In this document: positions 19,909 to 30,538 of the stretch, one piece after another | Position numbering within the stretch: the first letter of the stretch is position 1 | Layout of the letters: each line of letters opens with the position of its first letter | Translations under genes and position numbers: made by a program | The notes under the pieces: generated by a model | Told to the model about the DNA's origin: nothing | The model's database searches: none | What the model saw: only the letters and a program-made list of their open reading frames with translations | NCBI GenBank assembly: GCA_965197525.1 | Contig: OZ240211.1 | Span: 128,001 to 192,000, forward strand | DNA: 64,000 bases | Direction: 5' to 3' | DNA from: Nitrosopumilus sp. | GTDB lineage: Archaea > Thermoproteota > Nitrososphaeria > Nitrososphaerales > Nitrosopumilaceae

Positions 19909-20805
19909 ATGCTCTCTGTATGGTTTAGAGTTATTAGAGTACGTTTTCTTCTAGTATCAATAATTGCAGTATCCGTGGGTCTGTCGCTGAATTGGTGGCA
20001 ACATGGTTCATTTGATACCTTTGCTGCAATCTTTACTTTTGTTGGAGTTATGGCACTGCATGCCAGTGTAGATCTGTTAAATGATTTTTGGGATTTTAAA
20101 CGAGGTATTGATACCAAGACCCCTAAAACTAGAATGAGTGGTGGAACAGGCGTCTTGCCTGAAGGGTTGCTAAAGCCATCTTCTGTTTACCGTGCAGGCG
20201 TTATATCACTTGTTGCCGGTTCTGCCATTGGTGGATACTTTATCATCACTCACGGGTTGGTTGTTGCAGTCATCTTGGGGTTTGCAATAGTATCAATCTA
20301 CTTTTACTCTACAAAAATTGTAGATTCTGGTTTAGGTGAATTCTTTGTAGCAGTAAAAGGTTCCATGATAGTTATTGGTGCATACTTTATTCAGTCAGGT
20401 GTCATTACATCCGAGTCAATACTTGCAGGAATAGTAGTAGGTTCTCTGTCTTCGCTAGTACTGTTCATTACATCGTTTCCTGATCATGATGCAGATAAAT
20501 CCAAAGGCAGGAAGACACTGGTTATTCTAGTTGGTAAACCAAACGCCGTAAACCTATTCTGGCTCTTTCCGTCAATATCATATTTGGCAATAATAGCGGG
20601 CGTTGTGACGAATCTATTTCCCATACCATCGCTTATCAGTCTGTCTGCGCTGCCCCTAATGATAAAATCCGGTCTGGGTTTGAGGAAGAACTACGATTCT
20701 GTGGATGAATTGGTACCGTTTATGTCGTCTACTATGTTGTTTGGCCGAATTACTGGTGCGTTGTTTGTAGTAGGGTTCTTGATTGGGTTCTTGCTTGAAT
20801 TATAG
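19909..20805 (+). CDS. menA: UbiA-family prenyltransferase (MenA-like)
   Basis: DLLNDFWDFKRGID and FPDHDADKSKGRKTL aspartate-rich motifs; multiple TM segments. Confidence 0.8.
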   Translation: MLSVWFRVIRVRFLLVSIIAVSVGLSLNWWQHGSFDTFAAIFTFVGVMALHASVDLLNDFWDFKRGIDTKTPKTRMSGGTGVLPEGLLKPSSVYRAGVISLVAGSAIGGYFIITHGLVVAVILGFAIVSIYFYSTKIVDSGLGEFFVAVKGSMIVIGAYFIQSGVITSESILAGIVVGSLSSLVLFITSFPDHDADKSKGRKTLVILVGKPNAVNLFWLFPSISYLAIIAGVVTNLFPIPSLISLSALPLMIKSGLGLRKNYDSVDELVPFMSSTMLFGRITGALFVVGFLIGFLLEL

Positions 20806-20867
20806 TACGGTTACTCTGAACAATCTCACCATGTAGACATAAATTTAGCAACTGTAATAACATCATT

Positions 20868-21974
20868 ATGATTTCAGGACACGCAACCCATCATGGAACT
20901 CGTAGATTTGCTGATAATTCAGGCATAAACCCTTACAACTTTAACGAATTTTGTGATCTTGTCCTCTCAAATGTCGGCATTGGCACATATCTTGGCAATC
21001 CTGATGCGCAGACTGACAATGCCGTAAAGGATGCTGTAAAACAATCTATTCTGTCAGGAGTAAACGTTGTTGATACTGCAATAAATTATCGTTCTCAAAA
21101 GGCAGAGCGTTCCATTGGGAGGGCACTGTCTGAACTTGTTCAAGCAGGAAAAATTTCACGTGATCAAATATTTCTTAGCTCAAAGAATGGATACCTTACT
21201 AACGATGCTGACGTGAATCTTGGGTTATGGGAGTATGTCAAAGAAGAGTACACACAAAAAGGAGTTCTCAAAGAAGGTGATGTGACATCTGGGTATCATT
21301 GTATGACTCGAAATTTTCTCTCTGATCAACTAGAGCGCACGTTGAAAAATTTGGATATAGAATGCCTTGATTTATTATATCTTCATAATGCAGTTGAAGG
21401 ACAGATCAAAGACAGAACACAAGAAGAGTTTTTAGCAAATCTAGAATCTGTCTTTGCATTATACGAGGAGAAACGAGCTCAGGACAAGATTAGATTTTAC
21501 GGTATGGCAACTTGGGAATGTTTCAGAGTGCCTGATACAGATGTACAGTATCTGTCACTGGAGGACACAGTAAATATGGCCAAAAGGGTCGGAGGTCAGG
21601 ATCACGGGTTCAGATTCATTCAACTACCATTCAATTTACACTATGACCAAGCGTTACTTGCAAAGAATCAGTTGCTTGATTCTCAAAAAGTTTCTATTTT
21701 GGAGGCTGCTACAAAGCTGGGTATTGGTGTGTTTACCAGTGTTCCTTTCATGCAGGGCCGATTACTGCAACCGGATGCGATGCCTGACTTTCATAACGAG
21801 CTGTTGCCTTCTTTGCGTGCATTACAGTTTATACGTTCCACACCTGGCGTCTTAGCTCCACTAGTAGGCCAAAAGACAGCAGAACACGTTGGTGAAAATC
21901 TCAAAATTATGAATGTTCCACCTATTCCTCATGATGAGTTTGTAGCATTGGTTAAAAAACTGACGTCAGGATAA
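20868..21974 (+). CDS. Aldo/keto reductase
   Basis: VGIGTY, VVDTAINYR, LSSKNG, LDLLYLHN and IQLPFN motifs. Confidence 0.88.
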   Translation: MISGHATHHGTRRFADNSGINPYNFNEFCDLVLSNVGIGTYLGNPDAQTDNAVKDAVKQSILSGVNVVDTAINYRSQKAERSIGRALSELVQAGKISRDQIFLSSKNGYLTNDADVNLGLWEYVKEEYTQKGVLKEGDVTSGYHCMTRNFLSDQLERTLKNLDIECLDLLYLHNAVEGQIKDRTQEEFLANLESVFALYEEKRAQDKIRFYGMATWECFRVPDTDVQYLSLEDTVNMAKRVGGQDHGFRFIQLPFNLHYDQALLAKNQLLDSQKVSILEAATKLGIGVFTSVPFMQGRLLQPDAMPDFHNELLPSLRALQFIRSTPGVLAPLVGQKTAEHVGENLKIMNVPPIPHDEFVALVKKLTSG

Positions 21975-22067
21975 TAACCGTACAAAAAAAGATGACAACG
22001 TTATTATCATTTTCTGACACAAATAATATAACTATAATAATTAGTTCTTTTTATCTGATGTGGAAAC

Positions 22068-22430
22068 TTGATTAAAACATCTGATTATACGAAAATTTGT
22101 AATGCTATACTAGAAGTTGATCCTAAAATTCGGTTTGCAGGAATAATTAATGAACGAGGGCATCTTGATGCAGGTGGAATGCGGCCAAATGTGAAACCTC
22201 TGGAAAACGAAAAAGATGACGAGATGATGTTCTTGGAGCTAGCATTGCGTGTAAAGATGAGAAAAGAATTTGATGCACAGTTAGGTCCTGTAAAATTTGC
22301 TATGGCTTCTCGTCAACGTGCACTGGCAATTAGTATACTGATTAATGATGACATACTGTACGTTGTAGCTGAGCCTGATGCTGACTTTGGCACCCTTCCA
22401 ACAAAAATTTTTTCAATCCTTAATGCATAA
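22068..22430 (+). CDS. Thaumarchaeal roadblock/PAS-like protein (DUF6659-like)
   Basis: KIRFAGIINERG and RKEFDAQLGPV pattern; paralogue of 52887-53264. Confidence 0.6.
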   Translation: MIKTSDYTKICNAILEVDPKIRFAGIINERGHLDAGGMRPNVKPLENEKDDEMMFLELALRVKMRKEFDAQLGPVKFAMASRQRALAISILINDDILYVVAEPDADFGTLPTKIFSILNA

Positions 22431-22623
22431 CTGTATGTATATTTCTCATGTTTCTACTGTTATAGTATCTTGCCGTATATAGCGAATGTTTTTTGTTCTA
22501 GTCTATAATCTTGTATCACGTTTACTTGGATTTTTAATCGACTTGCTTATTTTTATGTATATATGGTTCTGTGTTTTAAAACCAAGGATGCTGTTCTTAC
22601 TATTCTGATATCCCTATGATGGA

Positions 22624-22968
22624 TTATTCTTCAGTACCACCTAATGCAATTATTGCACGCAGAACCAAGCTTGATATTCCCAAATTCGATACTATGAACT
22701 GCTTTGTTCTCTCCAGCGGTTTATCTCCGCGAAACCCTTCATCGTAAATCATCTCAACTGAACCCTTGTCAGTCTCTACAAACGACGTAATCAACGAATA
22801 ATTCCCTAGCTTTCTGTCATGCCTTTCTATGTATAGCCGTAGTTCCACTCTTAGTATCTTAAACTTATCTTGCGTAAAATTTCCAGTATCTTGTAGTAAC
22901 ACCTCTAGGCCGTCAGGTGTCCTGTCCACTCTTTTCGGATCATGCAGATCAACTATTCTCTTCTTCAT
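22624..22968 (-). CDS. Hypothetical protein
   Basis: Start adjusted to MKKRIVDLHDP to avoid overlapping the divergent promoter region. Confidence 0.6.
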   Translation of the reverse strand: MKKRIVDLHDPKRVDRTPDGLEVLLQDTGNFTQDKFKILRVELRLYIERHDRKLGNYSLITSFVETDKGSVEMIYDEGFRGDKPLERTKQFIVSNLGISSLVLRAIIALGGTEE

Positions 22969-23085
22969 CAACTGTCGTTTTACTGCATTGCTAATAAAGC
23001 AATAATTTTGAAGACGAAGAATCTGATACCTAAAACTAAACGGTGTTGCGATAGTGTTATTTAGTAAAAAAATATCGTTTACATT

Positions 23086-24201
23086 ATGAATCCACACCAC
23101 TTTCACGGCAAAGACATTTCTCACATCAAACTTGACCCTCAGATGACCATTGAAGATCTAGTTGATGTCTTTGCAGGCTCAGGATACAACGGTCGTCAAC
23201 TAGGGGAGGCTGCCAAACTTTATGCCAAGATGATAAAAGAGGACACAACTATCTGCTTGACTGTATCTGGTGCCATGACTCCTGTGGGATTTGGAGGAAT
23301 AATTAAGACACTAATTGAGAGAGGGTTTATTGACTGGATAATCGCAACCGGTGCTAACGTGTATCATGAGGATCACTTTGCATGGGGTCTGCCAGTCAAA
23401 CAGGGAAGTTTTGATGTTGATGATATGAAGTTATATGAAAACGAGATAGTTCGAATTAGGGATGTATACATTAAATTTCAGGAAACTCTGCAAGTTCAAG
23501 ATGATCTGATTCAAGATATGTTCGAGAATGATTTTACTGATAAACCATTTACCACAGCAGAGTTCACTAATCTGATGGGAAAGCTGAGCAAAGAAAGATC
23601 CAAATATCCTGAAAAAAGTTTTGTCACTACTGCATACGATTATGATGTTCCTGTGTATATATCCACAATAAAAGACTCATCTTTGGCATTGAACTTGGCA
23701 GTTCACAGATTACAAAACAAGATATACAATCTTGACTTTGTCAGAGAAATTCTGGAACAAGCGGCAATAGTGTATTCATCAAAAAAGTCAGGAATTTTGG
23801 AATTGGGAGGTGGCGTTCCTAAAAATACTGCACAACAGACAGGACCACTGCTGGATCAAATTTTAGAAAGAAAAGATGGAGGACAAGATTATATCATTCA
23901 GATAACTGACGCACGTCCTGATACCGGCGGTTTGTCAGGAGCTACATTACAAGAAGGAAAGAGCTGGGGGAAAATTCAAGATGCACATCATGGAATGGTT
24001 ACAGTCTATGCCGATTCTACGATAGCATTTCCAATTCTTGCATTATATGTTCTCTCTAATCAAAAGAGTCGTACGCCAAAAAGACTCTACAAGAAACTAA
24101 CCACATTTTACAACAAGCTATGTACGGATTATTACAATAATCCAAACACTACCCAGACATCTGTTGTTGATAGTAAGGTAAAAAAGAGTAATAGTGGCTA
24201 A
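23086..24201 (+). CDS. dys: Deoxyhypusine synthase family protein
   Basis: LTVSGAMTP, IIATGAN, LGGGVPKN and GGLSGATLQEGKSWGKI motifs. Confidence 0.9.
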   Translation: MNPHHFHGKDISHIKLDPQMTIEDLVDVFAGSGYNGRQLGEAAKLYAKMIKEDTTICLTVSGAMTPVGFGGIIKTLIERGFIDWIIATGANVYHEDHFAWGLPVKQGSFDVDDMKLYENEIVRIRDVYIKFQETLQVQDDLIQDMFENDFTDKPFTTAEFTNLMGKLSKERSKYPEKSFVTTAYDYDVPVYISTIKDSSLALNLAVHRLQNKIYNLDFVREILEQAAIVYSSKKSGILELGGGVPKNTAQQTGPLLDQILERKDGGQDYIIQITDARPDTGGLSGATLQEGKSWGKIQDAHHGMVTVYADSTIAFPILALYVLSNQKSRTPKRLYKKLTTFYNKLCTDYYNNPNTTQTSVVDSKVKKSNSG

Positions 24202-24416
24202 AACCTGTCAAATCTGGCACGTTCTAGATCTCTGTCTTCTTTGGATTCTTTTTTATATTCCTTGTAGTGCTCTTTGCACAGGATTGATTTCTTGTTGTTT
24301 GTATTTACGCGTAGTCCTGCATTCTCAACTTTGTTGGTGTTAAGTGAGCGTGCACCGTCTTTGTCACAACCATCCACATTGCATTTTGCACCTTTTGCCA
24401 CTAAGCCCATATACAA
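24198..24416 (-). CDS. Small hypothetical protein, possible metal-binding
   Basis: C-x4-C...LCKEH in a basic/acidic 72-aa ORF. Confidence 0.6.
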   Translation of the reverse strand: MYMGLVAKGAKCNVDGCDKDGARSLNTNKVENAGLRVNTNNKKSILCKEHYKEYKKESKEDRDLERARFDRF

Positions 24417-24647
24417 TAGTAATTATGATGCTATTTATATTTGCAAATAGCACAGAAGCAGTCAAACTAAACATATCTTTTATTGGTGCATATCTTGTAG
24501 TCTGATTATACTGTATTATCTCTCTCTCTGACACACCTGGATCTTCCAGCCATTCTTGTAAATCTACTCACAAGGGCATCGGTCATACTTGATTTAATTC
24601 ACTTGTGTTTGTTTATCGTTTATAAGAGGAATATTCTTTCAAGTGGC

Positions 24648-25085
24648 ATGGGTGGAGCTAAAAAGCCAACGGCTGCAAGTAAGGATAAAGCATCTAGCTC
24701 AAGGGATGCAAAAAAGAAGAAGGACAAAGGTGAAGGTGGCAGTGGCCCAAAAAAGGCAGAGATCACTGTACTGGTAAATTCAAAACAGGCGATGAAAATT
24801 ATTGAACACTCCAAAGTTATCACGGTCCAAGACCTTGCAAGACAGATTGGTGTGAAAATTTCTGCAGCAAACGCATTTTTAAGAGAATCTGCTAATAATG
24901 GCATCATAAAGCGTGTAGGAGGTTACTCTGGTCATTATTTGTACCAGATGGCAACTAGTGAAGAAAGTGATCCTTCATTAGAGTCCAAATCTAACTCTCA
25001 GTCAGAGTTAACAGAAGAGGAAGGCGGAGAAAAAGAGGAAGAATCTGTAGTAGTGGCACCTGCAACAGCTGCAGAACCTTCTTGA
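24648..25085 (+). CDS. rps25e: Ribosomal protein S25e with acidic C-terminal extension
   Basis: MGGAKK basic N-terminus; KVITVQDLARQIGVKISAANAFL..GIIKRVGGYSGHYLY. Confidence 0.8.
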   Translation: MGGAKKPTAASKDKASSSRDAKKKKDKGEGGSGPKKAEITVLVNSKQAMKIIEHSKVITVQDLARQIGVKISAANAFLRESANNGIIKRVGGYSGHYLYQMATSEESDPSLESKSNSQSELTEEEGGEKEEESVVVAPATAAEPS

Positions 25086-25447
25086 TACATACAAAGTACG
25101 TCACCTGATTTGGTATCTTTTAATATATCAAAATTCCCTGTCAATCTTCCTATCGGAGTCATTGTTTTCTTAAATATGACATCATTTAGAAAAAAGCAGA
25201 CACTTCTAGACGACGGTAAAAATGCAACATCGCCCCTTTTAAATTCAGTTCTAGCTCTTTCCGTACCTGAATCAAGATCTGTTTCAAAGTACAGTATACT
25301 ACTCCCTAACATATGCGCATGACCTTCTAATGGAAGCCTTCTCATAATGACCCCTACTGTTCTTGGTGATAAATGACGTTTGAGATCACATGATATCTTT
25401 GCTCTTCCTTTTACCTCTAAAATTAGCTGTCTCTTTGATACCGACAA
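24998..25447 (-). CDS. Cyclophilin-like fold protein
   Basis: LSPRTV..I.R.LPLEG, LYFET, GDVAFLPS..VCFF and TPIGRL pattern. Confidence 0.7.
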   Translation of the reverse strand: MSVSKRQLILEVKGRAKISCDLKRHLSPRTVGVIMRRLPLEGHAHMLGSSILYFETDLDSGTERARTEFKRGDVAFLPSSRSVCFFLNDVIFKKTMTPIGRLTGNFDILKDTKSGDVLCMYQEGSAAVAGATTTDSSSFSPPSSSVNSD

Positions 25448-25507
25448 AATCCCTAATTGTTGGTTAAAATGATTAGAATATATAACGTTTTAACAAAGTT
25501 TTATTAC

Positions 25508-26056
25508 TTGTCTGATGTTAATGACCCTGAGTCTTTAGAATCTGCTTCTGCCTCTACTACCGCGACCACTGTTGCTACAACAGCAGCAACAACTACTACA
25601 CAAACTGACGATACCTTGGATCTAGAAGCTGAAGAAAATGCAGGATTAAACAAAGCACTAGATACCTATCGAAAATTAATCGAAAAGAAGGGTGGGTTGG
25701 ATACATTAACTGAGAAAGAACAAGACGATCTTGAAAAACGCATCAAAGAGATAGAGGACAGACAAGTTGTTGAAAAAATTGTAGAACATGATCCTGTTGA
25801 AATTCCTTGTGAAAAAAACAAAGTAACGATAGGGCCCACTACATTGACACGATTTGAAAAAGCAAGAATCATGGGTGCAAGAGCATTGCAATTATCGCTA
25901 GGAGCCCCGCCATTTATCGCCATTCCGCAGACTGCAAGAATATCCCTAGATATCTCAATGGAGGAGTTAGATCAACGAGCCATTCCCATCACAATTAGAC
26001 GTGTTCTTCCAAACGGCGATTATCAAAACATACCCATTGATTTCTTTGAAAAATAA
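25508..26056 (+). CDS. rpoK: DNA-directed RNA polymerase subunit K (Rpo6) with long N-terminal extension
   Basis: LTRFEKARIMGARALQLSLGAP and IPITIRRVLP motifs; start adjusted to TTG 25508. Confidence 0.88.
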   Translation: MSDVNDPESLESASASTTATTVATTAATTTTQTDDTLDLEAEENAGLNKALDTYRKLIEKKGGLDTLTEKEQDDLEKRIKEIEDRQVVEKIVEHDPVEIPCEKNKVTIGPTTLTRFEKARIMGARALQLSLGAPPFIAIPQTARISLDISMEELDQRAIPITIRRVLPNGDYQNIPIDFFEK

Positions 26057-26112
26057 AATGAATCAATCATCGATAAAACTTAAAAGATCACAAAATTGTT
26101 GTTAGTTGTCTG

Positions 26113-26451
26113 ATGCTCATGGAAGATATAAAGGAACAGTATGGGCAAGAACATATTGTAAAATCAAATGACAGTGACGGTCGTAATGATCATGAGACTA
26201 TAATTCATATTGATGATGCGCCTGTCATGGAGTCTGTTTCTAATGTGCTCAATGTACTACGGAATCAAGATCAAGTTATTTTAAAATCAAGCGGCAACTC
26301 TATTCCCAATGCAGTTGCTGTAGCAAATATAATTACCGAAGATGTGCTAAGAGATAGGTCTAAGGTTCAAAAAGTACTTTTAGATACATTAGCTGCTGCC
26401 GGTATTGGCAAGATGACCTCAACAGTTGAGATTATTTTAGATAAAACCTAG
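26113..26451 (+). CDS. Alba-like DNA/RNA-binding protein
   Basis: VILKSSGNSIPNAVAVANI and STVEIIL pattern. Confidence 0.65.
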   Translation: MLMEDIKEQYGQEHIVKSNDSDGRNDHETIIHIDDAPVMESVSNVLNVLRNQDQVILKSSGNSIPNAVAVANIITEDVLRDRSKVQKVLLDTLAAAGIGKMTSTVEIILDKT

Positions 26452-26864
26452 TATACGCTTCCTGGACCTTTCAAAAGCATGTTTTCACATTCTTTGCATA
26501 CCTGTTCGTCAATGTCTGACTCTAAATTATGATGTATTTCACATATCAATAAACTGGATTTGATGTAATTGCATAGCCCTATGAATTTGGCCAGACTAGA
26601 TGGAGTGTATGCCATATCAGAGGATAGATTATCGCATAATTCATCAATTAATGTTGCAACTTGTTCTTCTGATAACAGTTTAGCAATTAGAGACGGGTCA
26701 CCACGTGTTCCGCGAATGTAATTACTAATCGCTGCCTGTGTGACCCCTAGCATCTTTGATATCTCTTCTTCTCTGATGCTGTGATCTTTTGCAAGTTTTT
26801 TTGCAATTATTGCTCGTAGTGCAGGAATCAAGGTCTTGGATTCTATCTCAGCTGGAAGGAGCAT
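26448..26864 (-). CDS. HTH transcriptional regulator
   Basis: LPAEIE...EEISKMLGVTQAAISNYIRGTRG; C-terminal CEIHH...CKEC. Confidence 0.8.
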   Translation of the reverse strand: MLLPAEIESKTLIPALRAIIAKKLAKDHSIREEEISKMLGVTQAAISNYIRGTRGDPSLIAKLLSEEQVATLIDELCDNLSSDMAYTPSSLAKFIGLCNYIKSSLLICEIHHNLESDIDEQVCKECENMLLKGPGSVY

Positions 26865-27063
26865 TACTCCTCAAATGTTTGTTTGTAAATTTAAAGTTTA
26901 CAATATGCTCTGATTTGGAATGTTGATGGTTTTTTTGTTATCGGCGTTGCTAGTGATAATCTTTTGTTTGGTATTGTTAGTGTTTACGGCATGTACTACT
27001 CTTTGTTACTGCTGTACTCGTCGTTAGGCACATTTTAAAATCATCAAAATTATACCTTATACC

Positions 27064-28011
27064 GTGGATGATTTTTCTAAAAGACTCTATGATGCCTTGG
27101 AGGAATCCTGTAATTCATGCACTTCGAATCTATTATCGCTTTCTGGAGGGCTTGATAGTTCGATTCTGGCTTTTCTTTTAAAGCATAAGAGACCTCAGGC
27201 AGTCGCAATTATTGCAGAAGATTTCATTTCAAACGACCTGACGTACTGTCAGATGGCTGCAAAAGCGATGCATATGCCATTGACAATCTACTATACTACT
27301 ACTACTGCAATTCTCCAGGGTATAGAAGAGACTATAAAAATTCTGAAAAATTTTAACGACATTGAAATTCGCAATAATGTTGTAATGTATCTGGCAATAA
27401 AATGGGGGAAGGAAAACGGAATGAATTCTATGATAACTGGAGACGGAGCAGACGAATTGTTTGCAGGGTATAATTTTCTTATAAACACACCTCCTGACAA
27501 ATTAGATGCTGAGATAAAACGTGTTTGTAATGTAATGCATTTTCCAACGCAAGACATTGGCAAAGCATTAGGAGTTCGTGTAGAGTCTCCTTTTCTAAAC
27601 GATAATGTCATAGAGCTAGCTAAAGAAATTCCATCTGATTTAAAAGTCAAGATAGAAGATACCAAAGTACATGGAAAATGGATATTGCGTAAAACATTTG
27701 AACCTCATCTCCCACAACATATAGCGTGGAGGACAAAATCCCCGATGCAAGATGGCGCAGGCACAGTAGGCCTAACTGAACTGTTCAATTCAATAATTGA
27801 TGAAAGGCAGTTTGTTGAAAAAAAGTTAACAGTTCAAAACAATGATGGTATTAGAATTCGTAGCAGGGAATCTATGTACTATTATGAGATATTTCAGAAA
27901 CATTTTGGCTCACCTGCAGTTGATACCGGCGCTAAACATCTTTGTCCGTACTGTAAGCACAGTATTGGAGAATCTAAATTTTGCAGGATGTGTGGTGCGT
28001 TTCCAATCTAG
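27064..28011 (+). CDS. Asparagine synthase C-terminal-domain protein
   Basis: SLSGGLDSS PP-loop, ITGDGADELFAGY, ESPFL and GKWILRK motifs; C-terminal zinc ribbon. Confidence 0.82.
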   Translation: MDDFSKRLYDALEESCNSCTSNLLSLSGGLDSSILAFLLKHKRPQAVAIIAEDFISNDLTYCQMAAKAMHMPLTIYYTTTTAILQGIEETIKILKNFNDIEIRNNVVMYLAIKWGKENGMNSMITGDGADELFAGYNFLINTPPDKLDAEIKRVCNVMHFPTQDIGKALGVRVESPFLNDNVIELAKEIPSDLKVKIEDTKVHGKWILRKTFEPHLPQHIAWRTKSPMQDGAGTVGLTELFNSIIDERQFVEKKLTVQNNDGIRIRSRESMYYYEIFQKHFGSPAVDTGAKHLCPYCKHSIGESKFCRMCGAFPI

Positions 28012-28154
28012 ACATTGTTTTTGTATTTGCGTGGTTTTTTAATAAATATGCGTCTACACCCATTGCAACAGAAATAGAATTTCTTACCACCGTGATCATG
28101 AATTAATGCCAATTCTTGATCTAGTTCAATTCCGCATACAGGGTCAACTGGCAC
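28008..28154 (-). CDS. YHS/TRASH-domain metal-binding small protein (not in ORF track)
   Basis: Translates as MPVDPVCGIELDQELALIHDHGGKKFYFCCNGCRRIFIKKPRKYKNNV. Confidence 0.82.
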   Translation of the reverse strand: MPVDPVCGIELDQELALIHDHGGKKFYFCCNGCRRIFIKKPRKYKNNV

Positions 28155-28223
28155 AACTTACTTGCTCTATAATTTCTATTTATATATTCAGTAGGGAGTA
28201 TCTTTTTTGGCATCACGAAGATG

Positions 28224-28379
28224 CTATCTCTTATATAATTCCAATTCTTGCAGTATCTTGCCCATGGTGTGTTTCCAGCGTCTCATCTCTTCAATATCAC
28301 TTGGTCTGTTATCATCTAACTCTCTTCTCTTTTTAAGTAGCTCTTGATATCTGTCCTCGTTGATATCGTTAGAAGTCAT
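28224..28379 (-). CDS. Small hypothetical protein, 51 aa (not in ORF track)
   Basis: Uninterrupted ATG ORF MTSNDINEDRYQELLKKRRELDDNRPSDIEEMRRWKHTMGKILQELELYKR. Confidence 0.55.
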   Translation of the reverse strand: MTSNDINEDRYQELLKKRRELDDNRPSDIEEMRRWKHTMGKILQELELYKR

Positions 28380-28624
28380 ATCTCATCTAAGACAAGTTTA
28401 CATAAAATTCTTTGAGATTGATTATATAATTATCAATACGTAGTTTTGAGAGTGCCGTTTTGTAGAATACTGGAAATGTATGCTATTAGTGGTTTTTTGT
28501 GTGACTAGTATATGCGAGTACAATACAAGAATAACGTATCAATGCGTGTAAAATCCCGCTTGCTACTGATCTTTAAATATTTCTTTGAGAATCGTATATT
28601 TATACCACTTTTACAGATTTAGGT

Positions 28625-30538
28625 ATGCGCATACTGCAACTACATTGTGACAGTCTAGAGTATACCCCTACTAAAAAAGAGATCAAGGCAGCCGAGCTCA
28701 TAACGGATCTTAGCACTAGACAGTTTCAAGAACTAGTAGTTGTGTTTGTTGCAATAGAGGACGGCGACAACACAAGCGTAGCCAAGAATGCCGTATCTCA
28801 GATAAAAGATTCTATGGGAAAGATTGGCTGCAAAAAGTTGTTGTTATACCCTTATGCTCATCTGAGCTCTAACCTTGCTTTACCATCCATTGCATTAAAA
28901 TTACTTGAAGAGATGAAGAGTCATGCAGTGGAGTTAGACCTTGATGTATCTCATTCTCCATTTGGTTGGACTAAATCCTACAAGCTCAAAGTAAAAGGAC
29001 ACCCACTTGCTGAAAGTTCCAAAGTTATCACAAAAGATTCTATACATCCAAGCAGTAACAAAAGCGATGGTGGTGATAACGATGACGACGACGATGACAC
29101 TGAGATAACCTCCGATGCTCTAAAAGGCGAATCAAAAATACGATCCTTTTGGAAGATTCTGTCCCCTGATGGTATCGTGTCCAACATCGGTGATTTTGAC
29201 TTTACTAATCATAAAAAATTAGAGGTACTTGCAAAATACGAATCTGCCAAACAACGAAGCTCAGACCAGCCGCCACCTCACGTTGGACTGATGAAAAAGT
29301 TAGGCATATCTGATTATGAGCCAGCATCTGATTCAGGCAATATGCGTTTTTATCCTAATGGCCGTCTTATCAAATCCCTAATTGAGAGATATGTTACTGA
29401 TAGAGTAAAAGAGTATGGTGGGTATGAGGTTGAGACTCCCATAATGTATGATTCAGAACATCCAAGCATGGTGAGTTATTTCAACCGATTTCCTGCAAGA
29501 CAGTACAACATTGATTCAGAGGGCAAGAGATTGTTTCTAAGATTTGCTGCATGTTTTGGGCAGTTCCTTATGGCAAATCAATACCAGCTATCCTACAAGA
29601 GTCTGCCGTTCAAACTTTACGAGCTTACACGATACAGCTTTCGACGTGAACAGTCAGGCGAACTAGTTGGTTTAAGACGGTTAAGAGCATTTACTATGCC
29701 TGATTGCCATGCCTTCTGTAAGGATATTGATCAGGCAGTAGATGAGATTAAAACTCGATTTGATCTATCCCAAAGCGTTCTCAAAGAACTTGGAGTCGAA
29801 CAGTCAGACTACGAGATGGCAATCAGGTTTACTGAGGATTTTTACCACGAGAACAAATCTGCAATTCATGACTTGGTTAACAGACACGGCAGGCCTGTTC
29901 TAGTTGAGATGTGGAAAGAAAAATTCTTTTACTTTGTGCTAAAGTGGGAGTTTAACTTTATTGACAGTCTTGGAAAGGCATCTGCACTGTCCACCGATCA
30001 GATTGACGTTGAGAATGGTAAGCGATACGATATAGATTTCGTAGATGAGCATAACATAAAACAGCATCCTATAATCTTACACAACTCGCCTAGTGGTGCA
30101 ATTGAGAGAATCATCTATGTATTGCTTGAAAAAGCAGCACAGGATTCAAGGCAAGGACGCAAACCCCAACTTCCTTTGTGGCTTACACCTGTCCAGGTGC
30201 GCATTATACCGATCACTGAAGAGTTTGACGGGTTCTCGGAGAGACTGTGCGAGAAGATATCTGCAGAAAACGTACGTGTTGATATTGATGATAGAAACGA
30301 CAGCATTGCAAAGAGAATACGTTATGCGGAAAAGGAGTGGATACGATACATACTAGTAATTGGGAAAAAAGAGACCGAGTCGCAGAACCTTAACATTCGT
30401 GATAGGCAGACAGGCAACTTGCATGAGATGTCCTTTGATGATTTTATTGCTAGCATTCATGACCAGACTGCCCAAAAACCGTTTACCGGCCTGAACCTTC
30501 CAAAACATCTATCAAAGAGACCAAACCTGATGGTGTGA
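28625..30538 (+). CDS. thrS: Threonyl-tRNA synthetase, archaeal type
   Basis: MRILQLHCD editing domain; LRFAACFGQF, FRREQSGEL, FTMPDCH and HNSPSGAIER motifs. Confidence 0.96.
   Translation: MRILQLHCDSLEYTPTKKEIKAAELITDLSTRQFQELVVVFVAIEDGDNTSVAKNAVSQIKDSMGKIGCKKLLLYPYAHLSSNLALPSIALKLLEEMKSHAVELDLDVSHSPFGWTKSYKLKVKGHPLAESSKVITKDSIHPSSNKSDGGDNDDDDDDTEITSDALKGESKIRSFWKILSPDGIVSNIGDFDFTNHKKLEVLAKYESAKQRSSDQPPPHVGLMKKLGISDYEPASDSGNMRFYPNGRLIKSLIERYVTDRVKEYGGYEVETPIMYDSEHPSMVSYFNRFPARQYNIDSEGKRLFLRFAACFGQFLMANQYQLSYKSLPFKLYELTRYSFRREQSGELVGLRRLRAFTMPDCHAFCKDIDQAVDEIKTRFDLSQSVLKELGVEQSDYEMAIRFTEDFYHENKSAIHDLVNRHGRPVLVEMWKEKFFYFVLKWEFNFIDSLGKASALSTDQIDVENGKRYDIDFVDEHNIKQHPIILHNSPSGAIERIIYVLLEKAAQDSRQGRKPQLPLWLTPVQVRIIPITEEFDGFSERLCEKISAENVRVDIDDRNDSIAKRIRYAEKEWIRYILVIGKKETESQNLNIRDRQTGNLHEMSFDDFIASIHDQTAQKPFTGLNLPKHLSKRPNLMV

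Noticed and set aside
28106-28336. 76-aa plus-strand ORF from the track
   Set aside because: It overlaps two better minus-strand genes (YHS protein and a 51-aa protein).
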